DNA of 64,000 bases from Candidatus Kapaibacterium sp. (GCA_046297095.1 JBKCNS010000005.1:19500-83499); one strand, 5' to 3'; shown: positions 19,925 to 30,525, counted from the first letter of the stretch. Translations and numbers: made by a program. The notes: generated by a model from the sequence alone, not told the origin.

Positions 19925-20518
19925 CTACTTATCCTGCCGGTAAAACTCAAGCATCTTTTGAAGATTCTGAATTGCTCTGAACAACAGAACTTTTACCGTG
20001 CCTTCGGTGTTACCCATCTGCTCCGCAATCTCTTTTAAGGGAAGATCGTGGTAGTGCCGCAACACAAACACGGTGCGCTGCGACGGGCTTAATTTCTTCA
20101 ACGCTTCCTGGATGTGCTCGTCTATCACTTTTTGCGACAGCAGCCGTTCAGGATCCGTTACCTCGTAGGTGATGCCGCCTGTATTGTGCAGTTCATCATC
20201 ATACTCCGCGCTGGTCTTGGATACCTCGTATTGCCGAGAGCGCGTTGTATTAATAAACGCGTTCATCGTAACCCGGTATATCCATGTACTCAGCTTGGAA
20301 TCGCCCCTAAAGGTATTCATTGCGCGGTACACGCGAATAAACACTTCTTGGGTCAGGTCTTCGGCAGCATCGTGATCCTGCGTCAAATCCTTGGCCAACA
20401 TGTACACCCGCTTTGTGAAGGTTCTCACGATGTCGTTGAAGACGCCGGGATCCTTCGCAAGAATTCTGTCGACAAGCTCCTTGTCGTTATCTACCGAACC
20501 AAAGCTGCGTGACGACAT
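19925..20518 (-). CDS. ECF-subfamily RNA polymerase sigma-70 factor
   Basis: Region 2 (DLTQEVFIRVYRAMNTF) and region 4 (DLPLKEIAEQMGNTEGTVKVLLFRA) signatures. 197 aa. Confidence 0.85.
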   Translation of the reverse strand: MSSRSFGSVDNDKELVDRILAKDPGVFNDIVRTFTKRVYMLAKDLTQDHDAAEDLTQEVFIRVYRAMNTFRGDSKLSTWIYRVTMNAFINTTRSRQYEVSKTSAEYDDELHNTGGITYEVTDPERLLSQKVIDEHIQEALKKLSPSQRTVFVLRHYHDLPLKEIAEQMGNTEGTVKVLLFRAIQNLQKMLEFYRQDK

Positions 20519-20733
20519 AAGCGATTAAAGGTGATGGTATAGACAGCCGTTTGCGGCGAAACGTTGACGGGAAAATACGTCAATTGCTAAAAAGGGCGCT
20601 GTTGTACCCAAGGAAAAGGCCGCGAATGGTCGTAAATGGCAGCGTGGGCCGACTCGGCTGATTCCAAACACGAATTCAAAACACCAATTTCAAAACACAT
20701 GTTCAAAACACATGTTCAAACCACATTTCCAAA

Positions 20734-22164
20734 CTACCAGCTGAAGGTGGTTGCGAAGGGTTGGGCCGTATTGATGTTTACTACATACAGACCGGAAGGC
20801 AGAGAGAGGGGAATGTTCCCATTCTCCTGTATGCGTATGCGCACAAGCTCTTTGCCGGTCACATTGCTGATCACAACTTCAGCGTCGGTTGTGGCGGGTA
20901 GGCCGAGAATACTCAGCATGGAAGATGCTCTGTCTGCTCGAACGCGGATGCACTGCGCATCGTCTGTGGGGCAGGTACGATCGTCGCTGTTTGTGGCGGT
21001 GGTTTGATACAAAGGAAAAATGCGGCCGTCGGCAGTTGCGCCAAGCACCTGCGTCATTTCCACCGGGCACGATGCGCTCTCGAAAACAAGATAGCCTGCC
21101 ACGCCGGGGCGAATGCTGTTCTGACCTTGTTCGCTGCCGAATACAAGCAAAAGGGAGCCGTCGTCGCACCGCATGTATCCCGGAAAAACGCCGGGCAAAG
21201 ATTCCGCCGGCTCGAAGCCTATCACTCGCGCCGATGCATCCATAAGGCGCGCGCTAAGTGCCACACCAAGAAGATTCTCTGCTGCTTGTATGCGCACGGG
21301 CACACGCTGAAGCTCGGCAGGATACACGCTGCGCTTGGCAGATTGAATGCTGCTGTTCGATTGCGTCTTCGAATGTGTTTTTCCGAAGTTGATTTGCACT
21401 ACAAGATTGTCGCTAAGCGTAACGTCGCCGCTGCCGTCGCAATCTGCGTAGGTGGCCTGCGCGCTATCCCATACCAGAGCAGCTTGCGGAAGCCACAAGG
21501 TGCTTGCCGGTTCACGTTTGTAACCGCGCACGTTGCTTGTTCCCGAACCCTGTTTTAGAAAAGCACCCACGGTGGTGGCATCGCGCGAATCCACTATGCC
21601 GTTGTTATCCGCATCGCCGGGATGTACCTGCACAAAGCCATGCACAGTTGCCGTATAGGGAACGGAGTTCAGCTTGACTATTGTTCCACCGCTGTCGGTA
21701 ACAACCGCCTGTGGGTATACAAAGGAGAAGCTTATGGTGGAGTCGTTCGGAGCGTCGGGCAGTACCACAAAATCAAGATGAATCACCACGGGGTTGGTGA
21801 AGGCAGAGTCGGTAGCGCCCATTCCGGATAACGCGCCAACATGCACGCTTCCATTGCCCAGGGAGTCGGAAAGGTCGTAAACAAACACACCCTTCTTACC
21901 AAGATCGCGGGTTTTCCAGTGAGAAAACACTACATGCTTGGCATTGGTAAAGCGTAATTCGAAACTGACGGAGGTGCAATTGGCAATACTGTCTACCACA
22001 ACGTCCACGCCAAAGGATTGCGTGGCGGTAACAAATCCGGCTCGGCCGGCTTCAACGTCGGAGCGCACCAGGCGAATGGTCTGAGCATGGGCCGATCCGC
22101 CCATGAGCGCCGCAATAGCACATAAGATCAGGGTTCGTAGCGATGATGCAATTCGTTCTTCCAT
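20734..22164 (-). CDS. secreted protein with two dockerin-type Ca-binding repeats and a T9SS C-terminal sorting domain
   Basis: ATG at 22164 gives signal peptide MEERIASSLRTLILCAIAALMGGSAHA. DADNNGIVDSRDATTVGAFL and DCDGSGDVTLSDNLVVQINF are dockerin type-I repeats. The C terminus …VISNVTGKELVRIRIQENGNIPLSLPSGLYVVNINTAQPF is Por_Secre_tail-like. Confidence 0.6.
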   Translation of the reverse strand: MEERIASSLRTLILCAIAALMGGSAHAQTIRLVRSDVEAGRAGFVTATQSFGVDVVVDSIANCTSVSFELRFTNAKHVVFSHWKTRDLGKKGVFVYDLSDSLGNGSVHVGALSGMGATDSAFTNPVVIHLDFVVLPDAPNDSTISFSFVYPQAVVTDSGGTIVKLNSVPYTATVHGFVQVHPGDADNNGIVDSRDATTVGAFLKQGSGTSNVRGYKREPASTLWLPQAALVWDSAQATYADCDGSGDVTLSDNLVVQINFGKTHSKTQSNSSIQSAKRSVYPAELQRVPVRIQAAENLLGVALSARLMDASARVIGFEPAESLPGVFPGYMRCDDGSLLLVFGSEQGQNSIRPGVAGYLVFESASCPVEMTQVLGATADGRIFPLYQTTATNSDDRTCPTDDAQCIRVRADRASSMLSILGLPATTDAEVVISNVTGKELVRIRIQENGNIPLSLPSGLYVVNINTAQPFATTFSW

Positions 22165-22290
22165 GAATGCGGTCCTCGTCGTGAGATGTCTCTTCGTGGG
22201 ATGTACTTTCCCTGCTGAATATGGTGCAAAGCGCGTGCCAAGGCCCGCCAAGGCCTGCCAAGTACCGCCAAATACCGCCGGGAACAGGAA

Positions 22291-23010
22291 CTACGGCTGT
22301 TCCTCCGTAGCTGCTGCAGATTCGGATGCAGTTTCAGATGCAACTTCCGGCTCTGCATCATCCGTTTGCGCTTCCACCAAAGCGTGCGAGGCAAGTTTCC
22401 CCTCGGCAACAAGCTCATCGCGCGCAACATCCAGAATGCCATTGATAAACACGCTGCTTTTTTCCGTTGAATACACCTTCGAAAGCTCAATGGCTTCGTT
22501 GATGGTGATTCTTGGAACAATGTCCGCAAAAGTCATCATTTCGGTGATGGCCATGCGAAGCAGCAAACGATCTATAAGTGCGATACGCTCAAGATCCCAG
22601 TTCTGTGCCAGGCGCTCGATACGCTCATCCAAACTTTTAGCATTGGCAACAGTGGTGAAGAACAGGGTGCGAGCAAAATTGATATCCTTGTCGCGCCAGG
22701 TAATGGGCGTGTCGGATTCCATCTCCTCTACTTCGTCGGTACGTAGCGGACGCCCATGCTGCTGCTCTTCGCCCTCTCCAACGTTGAATTCTCGGTAGAA
22801 GATGTGCTTAAACATGTGCTCCGTATCAACTGATTGTGCAATTGATTGTGCCTGAGCACTTTGGTCGCTATCGGCACTCTGCCCCGTCATCGACTCGTAT
22901 GCACTGAGGATTTGTACCACTTTCTCTCTGGCCAGCCTTCGCGTACCATCGATACTGCGTGTGCGGCTCAGAGGAAACTCCTCCGGTTGCGGTGTCGCCC
23001 TTTTCTTCAT
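22291..23010 (-). CDS. nusB: transcription antitermination factor NusB (with acidic C-terminal extension)
   Basis: RRLAREKVVQILSAYE…RLAQNWDLERIALIDRLLLRMAITEM…AIELSKVY… is the NusB fold signature. ATG verified at 23010. Confidence 0.8.
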   Translation of the reverse strand: MKKRATPQPEEFPLSRTRSIDGTRRLAREKVVQILSAYESMTGQSADSDQSAQAQSIAQSVDTEHMFKHIFYREFNVGEGEEQQHGRPLRTDEVEEMESDTPITWRDKDINFARTLFFTTVANAKSLDERIERLAQNWDLERIALIDRLLLRMAITEMMTFADIVPRITINEAIELSKVYSTEKSSVFINGILDVARDELVAEGKLASHALVEAQTDDAEPEVASETASESAAATEEQP

Positions 23011-23114
23011 ATTTCAAGCCTGTCTGCGCACTCGTGCGTTGTAGTTCTCTTGTTGTAAAAACTGTCTGCTCTGAATCCTCAACCTACAAACCAATATCAG
23101 GGCATGTACCAATC

Positions 23115-24200
23115 TTAGTTCCCGCCACGAATATTCGGCACTCCCGTGAAATTGCCGTGAATGTGACGCACCTTGGCAATACGCTCTTCAGCAATGCGAT
23201 TGGATGCATCCACCGTAAGGATGTTTTCTGTTTTGGCAGTGGCGAAGATCTTCACGAGCGTGTCGTAAATACCTTCCACTTTGCGCGTTACTTGATCCAC
23301 CGACCAATTCTCGATTTCCGAAGAAACGTTGATAAGGCCGCCGGCATTGATTACATAATCGGGCGCATAGAGAATGCCTTTTTGCTTCAACGCTTCCCCA
23401 TGTACGCGTTCGTTTTTCAATTGATTGTTTGCTCCGCCGGCTACCACCGAGCAACGAAGCTGGCCAATGGTGTCGTCGTTGATCACCGCGCCAAGTGCGT
23501 TGGGCGAGAGAATATCGCAGTCGAATCCATATACTTCATCCGGCGTGATGTACTCGGCGCCTGCTTCAGCGCACAATGCGCGTGCTTTGTCCTCAAAAAT
23601 GTCGGTAACAAAAACCTTGGCGCCGTCTTTGACCAGGTGATGCGTAAGGTGACGAGCCACATTGCCGGCACCCTGCACCACTACACGCTTTCCGGCCAGT
23701 GAGTCGCTGCCGTACTGCGCGTGTGCTGCAGCTTTAACACCGCAGAATACACCAAGAGCAGTAAAGGGCGACGGGTCGCCGCTTCCGCCATGACCACCCA
23801 CACCGGTTACGAAGCGGGTTTCCATGCGGATGTATTCCATGTCCTGAACCGATGTGCCCACGTCTTCGGCGGTGATATATCGTCCGCCAAGGGTGTTCAC
23901 AAAGCGGCCATAGGCTCGGAACAATGCTTCAGACTTATCTGTGCGCGAATCGCCAAGGATAACGGCTTTGCCACCGCCCAGGTTCAGACCTGCAACAGCA
24001 GCTTTGTATGTCATGCCGCGCGACAAGCGCAAAGCATCGGTGATTGCTTCGGCATCGCTTGCATACTTCCACATACGGGTACCGCCCAAGGCCGGACCGA
24101 GAGTTGTATCGTGAATTCCAATGATAGCGCGGAGACCGCTGCGGGGGTCGGAGCAGAACACTACTTGCTCATGACCATAAGATTCAAGATCCTGAAACAT
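23115..24200 (-). CDS. Glu/Leu/Phe/Val dehydrogenase family (leucine-dehydrogenase-like)
   Basis: ATG at 24200. GGGKAVI lysine-loop motif and NAD-binding GAGNVA. 361 aa is typical of LeuDH/PheDH. Confidence 0.8.
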   Translation of the reverse strand: MFQDLESYGHEQVVFCSDPRSGLRAIIGIHDTTLGPALGGTRMWKYASDAEAITDALRLSRGMTYKAAVAGLNLGGGKAVILGDSRTDKSEALFRAYGRFVNTLGGRYITAEDVGTSVQDMEYIRMETRFVTGVGGHGGSGDPSPFTALGVFCGVKAAAHAQYGSDSLAGKRVVVQGAGNVARHLTHHLVKDGAKVFVTDIFEDKARALCAEAGAEYITPDEVYGFDCDILSPNALGAVINDDTIGQLRCSVVAGGANNQLKNERVHGEALKQKGILYAPDYVINAGGLINVSSEIENWSVDQVTRKVEGIYDTLVKIFATAKTENILTVDASNRIAEERIAKVRHIHGNFTGVPNIRGGN

Positions 24201-24609
24201 GACGTTGCACAGATATTGGTGATGAATTGTGCTAAGAGCGCTACAGACTACCCCTGCATAGCACACGGCATGCAGCGGAAGTCATCCTTGATCTTAACAT
24301 TGAATCCGGTTGAGCGTACGTACCCTGAGTAAATGCTCCCGCCGGAGGAACGGTGCGCAAAGATACACGGAATTCCGGTTTTGCCGGCGGCACGGAAAGC
24401 AGTGCTGAAAGCAGTATGAAATGCGGTGCTAAAGGTGGGGATTATGCATGCTCGAATGCACAGGCGGAATTTCGTTGGTGGGCATGTGGCGCAGGGCTAT
24501 TTTCCTGACGACCTAACACAACGGGCGGTAATGGCCATACGGCCGCTGCGTATGTTGTGAACGATGAGAATATCAATTCCACGATGTTGCACTCGAGAGG
24601 AGTTTCCTT

Positions 24610-27600
24610 GTGAGTCCGGCGCGCTTGTATAAACATCTCGGGGTAGCGTTGAAAAACATCTTCGCCCGCGTATGGGTTGTGGCTGCAGTTCTGCTGTATA
24701 TAGCAACTGCCGCCGAGGTATGCGCGCAGCAAACCACCAAAGGTCGTGAGTTTGTTGTCTCGTTTTTGCCGAACATCCACAACTACGGACCGGCCTCCGA
24801 CGATAGTCTGTATATCTATGTGGTAGCGGATGTTCCCACAACGGGAACCATACAGTACAGTAATGGCTCGGTAACACTTTCCCGAAGTTTTTCCATACCA
24901 AACCCTGCTGTTATTTACACGTTCGCTCTGCAATGGACCGGCTACGAGTTGCGCGGATTCAACCAGAGCTTAGCCTTCGATAATGTAAACGACAACGAGA
25001 CCCCTATTCGCAGGAGTTTCCTGATAACGACCTCTGCAGATGTGGCAGTATATGCCATGAATCAAGCATCCACAACAAGTGATGCCGCAATGCTCTATCC
25101 CGTTCCCGCATTGGGTAAGGAGTATGTGTTGCTTAGTTACAAAGCCGATGGTGTGACAGATAATACCGGCCCCACGCTTAGCTATACGCCATCGGAGTTT
25201 TGTGTTGTGGCTACGCAAGACAACACTATTGTTAATGTCATACCCTCTGCACCGTCGCAAGTGAGCGGACTTGGCACAAAGTCCGTAGTGTTGCAGCGCG
25301 GAGAAGCATGGCTGTGTCAAACCGCATTCTCGACCTTCCAGCTCAATCATGATTTCTCCGGTACACGCGTTATCTCCAGTGCACCTGTGGCAGTGTTTAG
25401 CGGTCATCAACGAGCGTTGATACCGGTGGAGCAGCGCGGTAATCTTCAATCCCGCGATCATCTGTTTGAGCAGATGCCGCCCACATCGGTGTGGGGACGC
25501 TCCTACATTCTTACGCCGCTGGCTCAGCCGCCGGGATCGTCGGTCGTGACGGGTGTAAACGATTTATACCGCGTGGTGGCAGCCGAAGACTACACCGTGG
25601 TGCGATTGAACAATGTTGTGATCGCCACGCTGAATCGTGGCCAAGTGTACGAAGCGCCATTAACATCGCCGGGATTAATCACAGCGTCTGCCAAAGTATG
25701 CGTGGCTCTGTATAAACGCTCGCACTCGGTTGGGATGTCATTGCAAAACGGCGATCCCTTCATGCTCATTGTGCCACCGCGAGCTCAGTATTTGAAGCAG
25801 TATCGATTTACCAACTGCCAAGCCACCGGCGATTATGTTTCTCAGTTTATTACCGTAATTACCGCACAGAGCAATGCCTCGAGCATTACCCTGGATGGTC
25901 GTCCGCTGAATGCTACGTGGAAAGAGATTCCCAATACCTGTTATGTGTATGCGAATATCTCTTCCACCGATGGCGCTCACACGCTTTCCAGCCCCAAACT
26001 TATTGGACTGTATGTGTATGGCTACGGTGCGGCTATTTCGTATGGCTATGTAGGCGGTATGGCATTCGTCCCCGATGTGGGCGATGATAATGTTAGTGCC
26101 GGTCCTGATCGCAGTATTTGTATAGGAGACACAACTCAGATCAGTATTACGGGCAAGGCTGTGCGCCGCATCTGGAGCGGCGTTCAGGGCGGACAAAAAC
26201 CTCCGTGTGACAGTTGCGACAGCTTTAGCGTAGCTCCCACGCAAAACACCACCTATATCCTTAGCGCAGAGGATTCGCTGGGCTGTAGTATCCTGGATAG
26301 TGTAACGGTTGCGGTATATCAATTGCCATCTGTCGAGGCATCACCCGATACGGTGATTTGTACCGATTCACCTTTTGTCATCAGGGCCGACGGTTCCTTC
26401 ACCGATGTGCAATGGTCTCCGCCCATTGGCGTGCAGTGCCCTACGTGTGCGGTTACCACGGTGATTCCCACTCGAGATATCACCTATACCGTCACGGCTC
26501 ATAATGGTCCATCTGCGCGGTGTATTGCTACCGACTCCATACGCATTCGCTACGCGAAGGGCATTGCCAATGCGTTTCCAAAGCCGGTTACTGTATGCCG
26601 CGGAGACAGCGTGCGAATCAAAATTCCATACTCAGGTAATGTGCGATGGTCTCCGGCCACATCCTTGAGCTGTGCTACCTGCACCGATGTTGTGATCAAG
26701 CCACAACGCTCTCAGCGTTACACCATCGTGGGTGATTCGGCATCCTGCAGTACGCAAGCCACATTGGATATTGTGGTGGCAGACCCGCCTGTGCTGCGTG
26801 CGCCTGCCGACACAACCATATGCGCCGGCACGCCGCTCTTTGTAACTATACAAACCAATGCATCGCTTCTTGGTTGGCAACCCACCACCTATTTGCCCGG
26901 TACAAGTTTGCGCGTGCTGACCTTCACGCCCGACTCTTCCATCAGATATGTGCTTCGTGCCGAAAGCTCTGCAGGATGTGTGACCCTTGATACATTTTCC
27001 GTAACGGTACTTCCTGTACCCCGCATCAGCACACGTTTTGCAGACACGGTGGTGTGCCGGGGCGCTGTTGTGGATTTGTCGGCTACCATTACCGGTGCCG
27101 ATACCATTGAATGGACTCCGCCTACGGGCCTGAGCTGCACCGATTGCGCTTCTCCCCGGTTGATTGCATCAGACACCACCGCATACACCGTGCGCGCTCG
27201 CGCAAAGGGAGGCTGTACGGCCACCGCTATAGTGCGCGTTCAAACACGTCCCTCACCGCAGATTTCTTTGATGGCCGATACTGTGCGTGTGTGTAAAGGC
27301 GAGCGAGCAATGCTGGCGGCACGAAGCAGCAGCGGAAGTCTTCGTTGGGATCCCTCGGCAGGCGTAGAGTGTGCGGATTGCGATACCACCTATGTGATTG
27401 CCGTTGAATCGCGCGGCATTGTTGTATCATCGTCGAATTCTATTGGATGCACCACTCTCGATACCATGTGGCTTGCCGTGTTGCCTACACCTGTTCCGGT
27501 AGTAACTGTAGATAACGACACCTTGTGTGAGTCCTACGGAGTGGCGCGCATTCAGGTGCAGAGCGGCCTGCAGGGCGGTGTGCAAGGCGAGAAGTATTCG

Positions 27601-28800
27601 TGGCAACCATCTGACGGGCTGTCGTGCGCGGATTGCCCCAATCCCACAGCCAGACCTAGTGCCACCACAACCTACACTGTTACCATTCGCACGGCAGACG
27701 GCTGCAGTGCCTCAAAGCAGGTACCTATTGTAGTGGTGCCGTGTGCGCGCCGGCTTCGTATCACCGATGTGGATGCAGGAGCGGTGGTGGCATGCAATAC
27801 ACAAGACACATCCGTAGAAATAATCAACGAAGGCGAAACCGACATACGCATAGATTCGGTGGTGGTGCTTAGCACCGACGGCCTTGTTGCAGTGGTATCG
27901 GATTCTGTTGTGCGTGGAGCTATTATTCAGCCGGGCGCTCGCGTTCGCGTAGCGCTCCGGCTGATTCCTCAACGGTGGGGAAGCATAGGTGTACAACTCG
28001 GCGCGTTTGCCAACAGTGGAATGAATGGTGCTGATTCCATACATCGTGTGAACGTGCTTCTTCAAGCGCAAAGGCGCGACCTGATTTTGTCGGTTCTTCC
28101 TGCCAGCGTCACCGAAGGCGGTACCTTCGAGCTACCCGTATCATTTCGATCTGCATCGTGGAACGAAGTACCGGTGCGGGCTGCAGGCCTACGGCTTCGC
28201 TATGATAGATCGTGGATGTCGTTTACCGATACAGCTTCTCTTGGCACGGAGAGAAGCAATGCCGGATGGACGCTGCGCGCGGGATCGCAGATAGCCGACG
28301 GCAACGATGCCCTTGTGCAATTCGAGCTGAAGGGCGGCACGCCACTGCAGAGCAACGAGATTGTGCTGCGCCCTCGGTTTCGCGTGTTGCTTTCGTCAGT
28401 GGCCTCGTTCAGACCGCGCATCGACAGTGCGTGGTTTTTCGAACAGGAAGTATGCCTGCGTCCCGTGTTCGAGGACGCGGAGGTATTACCCTTTGGCTGT
28501 GTGCGGGAACTTCGCCGTGTAGATGTTTCCAATACCACCTTCGCACTGCGCGGAGTACGGCCGCTGCCGGTGCATGGCGATGAGTTTACTGTGGAGTATA
28601 GTGTGGCGTTTGCCACATCGGTACACATTGAACTCTATGATGCGTATGGCAAGTCTCTCACGCTGCTTCAGCAGGCGGATCATCCGTCAGGAAATTTTTC
28701 GCTTCGTGTTGATGCGCGGCAATTGGCTGCAGGTTTGTATCAATGCGTGTATACTGCTGCGGGCGTGGTATCTGCGATGCCGGTAGTAGTGATTCGGTGA
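24610..28800 (+). CDS. giant secreted T9SS cargo protein: IgGFc-binding-like N-terminal domain, about seven Cys-containing ~78-aa Ig/SprB-like repeats, T9SS C-terminal sorting domain
   Basis: 1396 aa. The track start at 24610 is GTG (true start uncertain). The repeats share the pattern C.G…W.P…LSC..C..P…P…TTY.V…GC…D.V.V.V. The C terminus SVHIELYDAYGKSLTLLQ…GNFSLRVDARQLAAGLYQCVYTAAG… is Por_Secre_tail-like. Confidence 0.75.
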   Translation: MSPARLYKHLGVALKNIFARVWVVAAVLLYIATAAEVCAQQTTKGREFVVSFLPNIHNYGPASDDSLYIYVVADVPTTGTIQYSNGSVTLSRSFSIPNPAVIYTFALQWTGYELRGFNQSLAFDNVNDNETPIRRSFLITTSADVAVYAMNQASTTSDAAMLYPVPALGKEYVLLSYKADGVTDNTGPTLSYTPSEFCVVATQDNTIVNVIPSAPSQVSGLGTKSVVLQRGEAWLCQTAFSTFQLNHDFSGTRVISSAPVAVFSGHQRALIPVEQRGNLQSRDHLFEQMPPTSVWGRSYILTPLAQPPGSSVVTGVNDLYRVVAAEDYTVVRLNNVVIATLNRGQVYEAPLTSPGLITASAKVCVALYKRSHSVGMSLQNGDPFMLIVPPRAQYLKQYRFTNCQATGDYVSQFITVITAQSNASSITLDGRPLNATWKEIPNTCYVYANISSTDGAHTLSSPKLIGLYVYGYGAAISYGYVGGMAFVPDVGDDNVSAGPDRSICIGDTTQISITGKAVRRIWSGVQGGQKPPCDSCDSFSVAPTQNTTYILSAEDSLGCSILDSVTVAVYQLPSVEASPDTVICTDSPFVIRADGSFTDVQWSPPIGVQCPTCAVTTVIPTRDITYTVTAHNGPSARCIATDSIRIRYAKGIANAFPKPVTVCRGDSVRIKIPYSGNVRWSPATSLSCATCTDVVIKPQRSQRYTIVGDSASCSTQATLDIVVADPPVLRAPADTTICAGTPLFVTIQTNASLLGWQPTTYLPGTSLRVLTFTPDSSIRYVLRAESSAGCVTLDTFSVTVLPVPRISTRFADTVVCRGAVVDLSATITGADTIEWTPPTGLSCTDCASPRLIASDTTAYTVRARAKGGCTATAIVRVQTRPSPQISLMADTVRVCKGERAMLAARSSSGSLRWDPSAGVECADCDTTYVIAVESRGIVVSSSNSIGCTTLDTMWLAVLPTPVPVVTVDNDTLCESYGVARIQVQSGLQGGVQGEKYSWQPSDGLSCADCPNPTARPSATTTYTVTIRTADGCSASKQVPIVVVPCARRLRITDVDAGAVVACNTQDTSVEIINEGETDIRIDSVVVLSTDGLVAVVSDSVVRGAIIQPGARVRVALRLIPQRWGSIGVQLGAFANSGMNGADSIHRVNVLLQAQRRDLILSVLPASVTEGGTFELPVSFRSASWNEVPVRAAGLRLRYDRSWMSFTDTASLGTERSNAGWTLRAGSQIADGNDALVQFELKGGTPLQSNEIVLRPRFRVLLSSVASFRPRIDSAWFFEQEVCLRPVFEDAEVLPFGCVRELRRVDVSNTTFALRGVRPLPVHGDEFTVEYSVAFATSVHIELYDAYGKSLTLLQQADHPSGNFSLRVDARQLAAGLYQCVYTAAGVVSAMPVVVIR

Positions 28801-28881
28801 TTGAATGGTTGGATGATCGAATGATCGAATGATTCACTAATTCACTGATACGCCAAAAGCCGGTGGCTCTTCTGCCCGCGC

Positions 28882-30525
28882 CTAATGGATAATCTGTGTT
28901 GCTCTGCCCGAGGCATATTTCTGTGCGATCTCGTCTACCAGAGTAGGATCATTGCCGGTATCCATCGTGCCGGTGCGCACCAGTGAATTGCTACCACTGT
29001 TGGCTAACTCCATAAAGGCCTCAAGCACACGCGGAGCATAGCGCCGCTTCTGATTGCGAAACATGGCTAGCGCTTGAGACTGACGGTAATCAATAGCAAT
29101 ACCTACATTGGATATGTCTCGCATCTTCGATGGCGCGGTCATTTGAGTAGCATTCGGCAATCGATACACGCGATTGTGATATTCGTCGGCAATGCGAATG
29201 ATCATTGCTTCAAGAACAATTTGCGGGCCTTCTAATTTTTCCGGAAAGCCGGAGCCGTCGTAATGTTCATGATGCTGAATGACAATCTTGCTGATGTATT
29301 CCATTCCTTCGATGGCAGCAAGCATCGCACTACCGCGCTCCACGTGCGAGTTATACATCAACTTGTCGGACATAGAGAGCATATCCGGTGTGAACGACAA
29401 AATGCGTTCGTCCATACCTGCTTTGCCGCAGTCGTGAAGCAAAGCAGCAAGGCGCACATTCTCTGTTTGTTCTTCAGACAGTGCCATTACCTTGGCTATT
29501 GCTACGGAGATGTCTGCAACAGCATGTGCATGGTTGTTAATGTGAAACCTATACATCTCGGGTAGCGACCCGGAGAGCATGCGCACCAGCGCCCGTAGCG
29601 GTGCCGGTGTGTTGATCGACCAATCCGCACGTGCATTTACCGGAGCAGTACTGATGCCAGCCTGCGCAAAGTCTTCTGCCGCGGCGTCTGCAATCTTTAC
29701 TGTTGAACTGCTTGACTCAGTCGAATCACCGGCATCAGTGACCGTTCCATCACCGGGCATGGGAAGCAGTTCAGTTGAATGCGCCAGCTCATACTCGGGT
29801 GTTGAGTCTTCGGAGCTTGGTTCATCCTGGGGTGCCAGGCCTAACATTTCTTCCATTGCTTCCACGGCGCGCGCAGACGGTGTGAGCTTTGGCGGCTCTA
29901 CAGCAGTAGAGATTGTAGGCCGCGGCTGAATGATGCGCTGCGGTCCTTTGCTTTCGTCGGTGGAGTTGCCTTCAGAGCTCTTTGATGCATCGTCGTTCTT
30001 CTTTTCGTCGATATCCGATCCGCGACGAATGGGTGTGGTATTGCGATTGGGAAAGAGCAAGGCCTGCAGCGATGTGGTGGAGCGCTGCAAAGGAATAAAC
30101 TGCTCGATTAGTAAACGCAATTGATAATGAATGTCGGTTGCAGGTCTGGGAAGTTTCACAAATCTGTGCACAGCTGTTTGCTCATTGAACAGATCGATTT
30201 CCTTTGCTGTTACAAGCTTGCTGAACACCACACGAATGGCTTCGGTGCTCAAGTATTTTACCTGAGTAAAAAACTCCAATCCGCTTTTCTTTCCGTAGCG
30301 CACATCGCCTATGATCAGGTGCGGGCGATAACCGTTCTTGATAAGCGTAAGTGCATTCTCCGGGTTCGATAGAATCTTCAATGTGAAAATTTTTCCGAAT
30401 TCACTTTCGAACCAGGTAACAAAAGAATGATCTTGGTGCACCAGCAATACCGTGAGCGGCCGCATGGGCTTGTCGATCTTCGTTTGCTCGGAGATCATCG
30501 GTTGATGAATACTGTACTTTGCCAT
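28882..30525 (-). CDS. response regulator with receiver domain and HD-GYP c-di-GMP phosphodiesterase domain
   Basis: ATG at 30525 verified. The N-terminal REC domain (…LLVHQDHSF…IIGDVRYGKKSGLEF…) is followed by a long Ser/Asp/Glu-rich linker. The C terminus carries HD…HHEHYDGSGFP (HD-GYP signature). Confidence 0.8.
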   Translation of the reverse strand: MAKYSIHQPMISEQTKIDKPMRPLTVLLVHQDHSFVTWFESEFGKIFTLKILSNPENALTLIKNGYRPHLIIGDVRYGKKSGLEFFTQVKYLSTEAIRVVFSKLVTAKEIDLFNEQTAVHRFVKLPRPATDIHYQLRLLIEQFIPLQRSTTSLQALLFPNRNTTPIRRGSDIDEKKNDDASKSSEGNSTDESKGPQRIIQPRPTISTAVEPPKLTPSARAVEAMEEMLGLAPQDEPSSEDSTPEYELAHSTELLPMPGDGTVTDAGDSTESSSSTVKIADAAAEDFAQAGISTAPVNARADWSINTPAPLRALVRMLSGSLPEMYRFHINNHAHAVADISVAIAKVMALSEEQTENVRLAALLHDCGKAGMDERILSFTPDMLSMSDKLMYNSHVERGSAMLAAIEGMEYISKIVIQHHEHYDGSGFPEKLEGPQIVLEAMIIRIADEYHNRVYRLPNATQMTAPSKMRDISNVGIAIDYRQSQALAMFRNQKRRYAPRVLEAFMELANSGSNSLVRTGTMDTGNDPTLVDEIAQKYASGRATQIIH

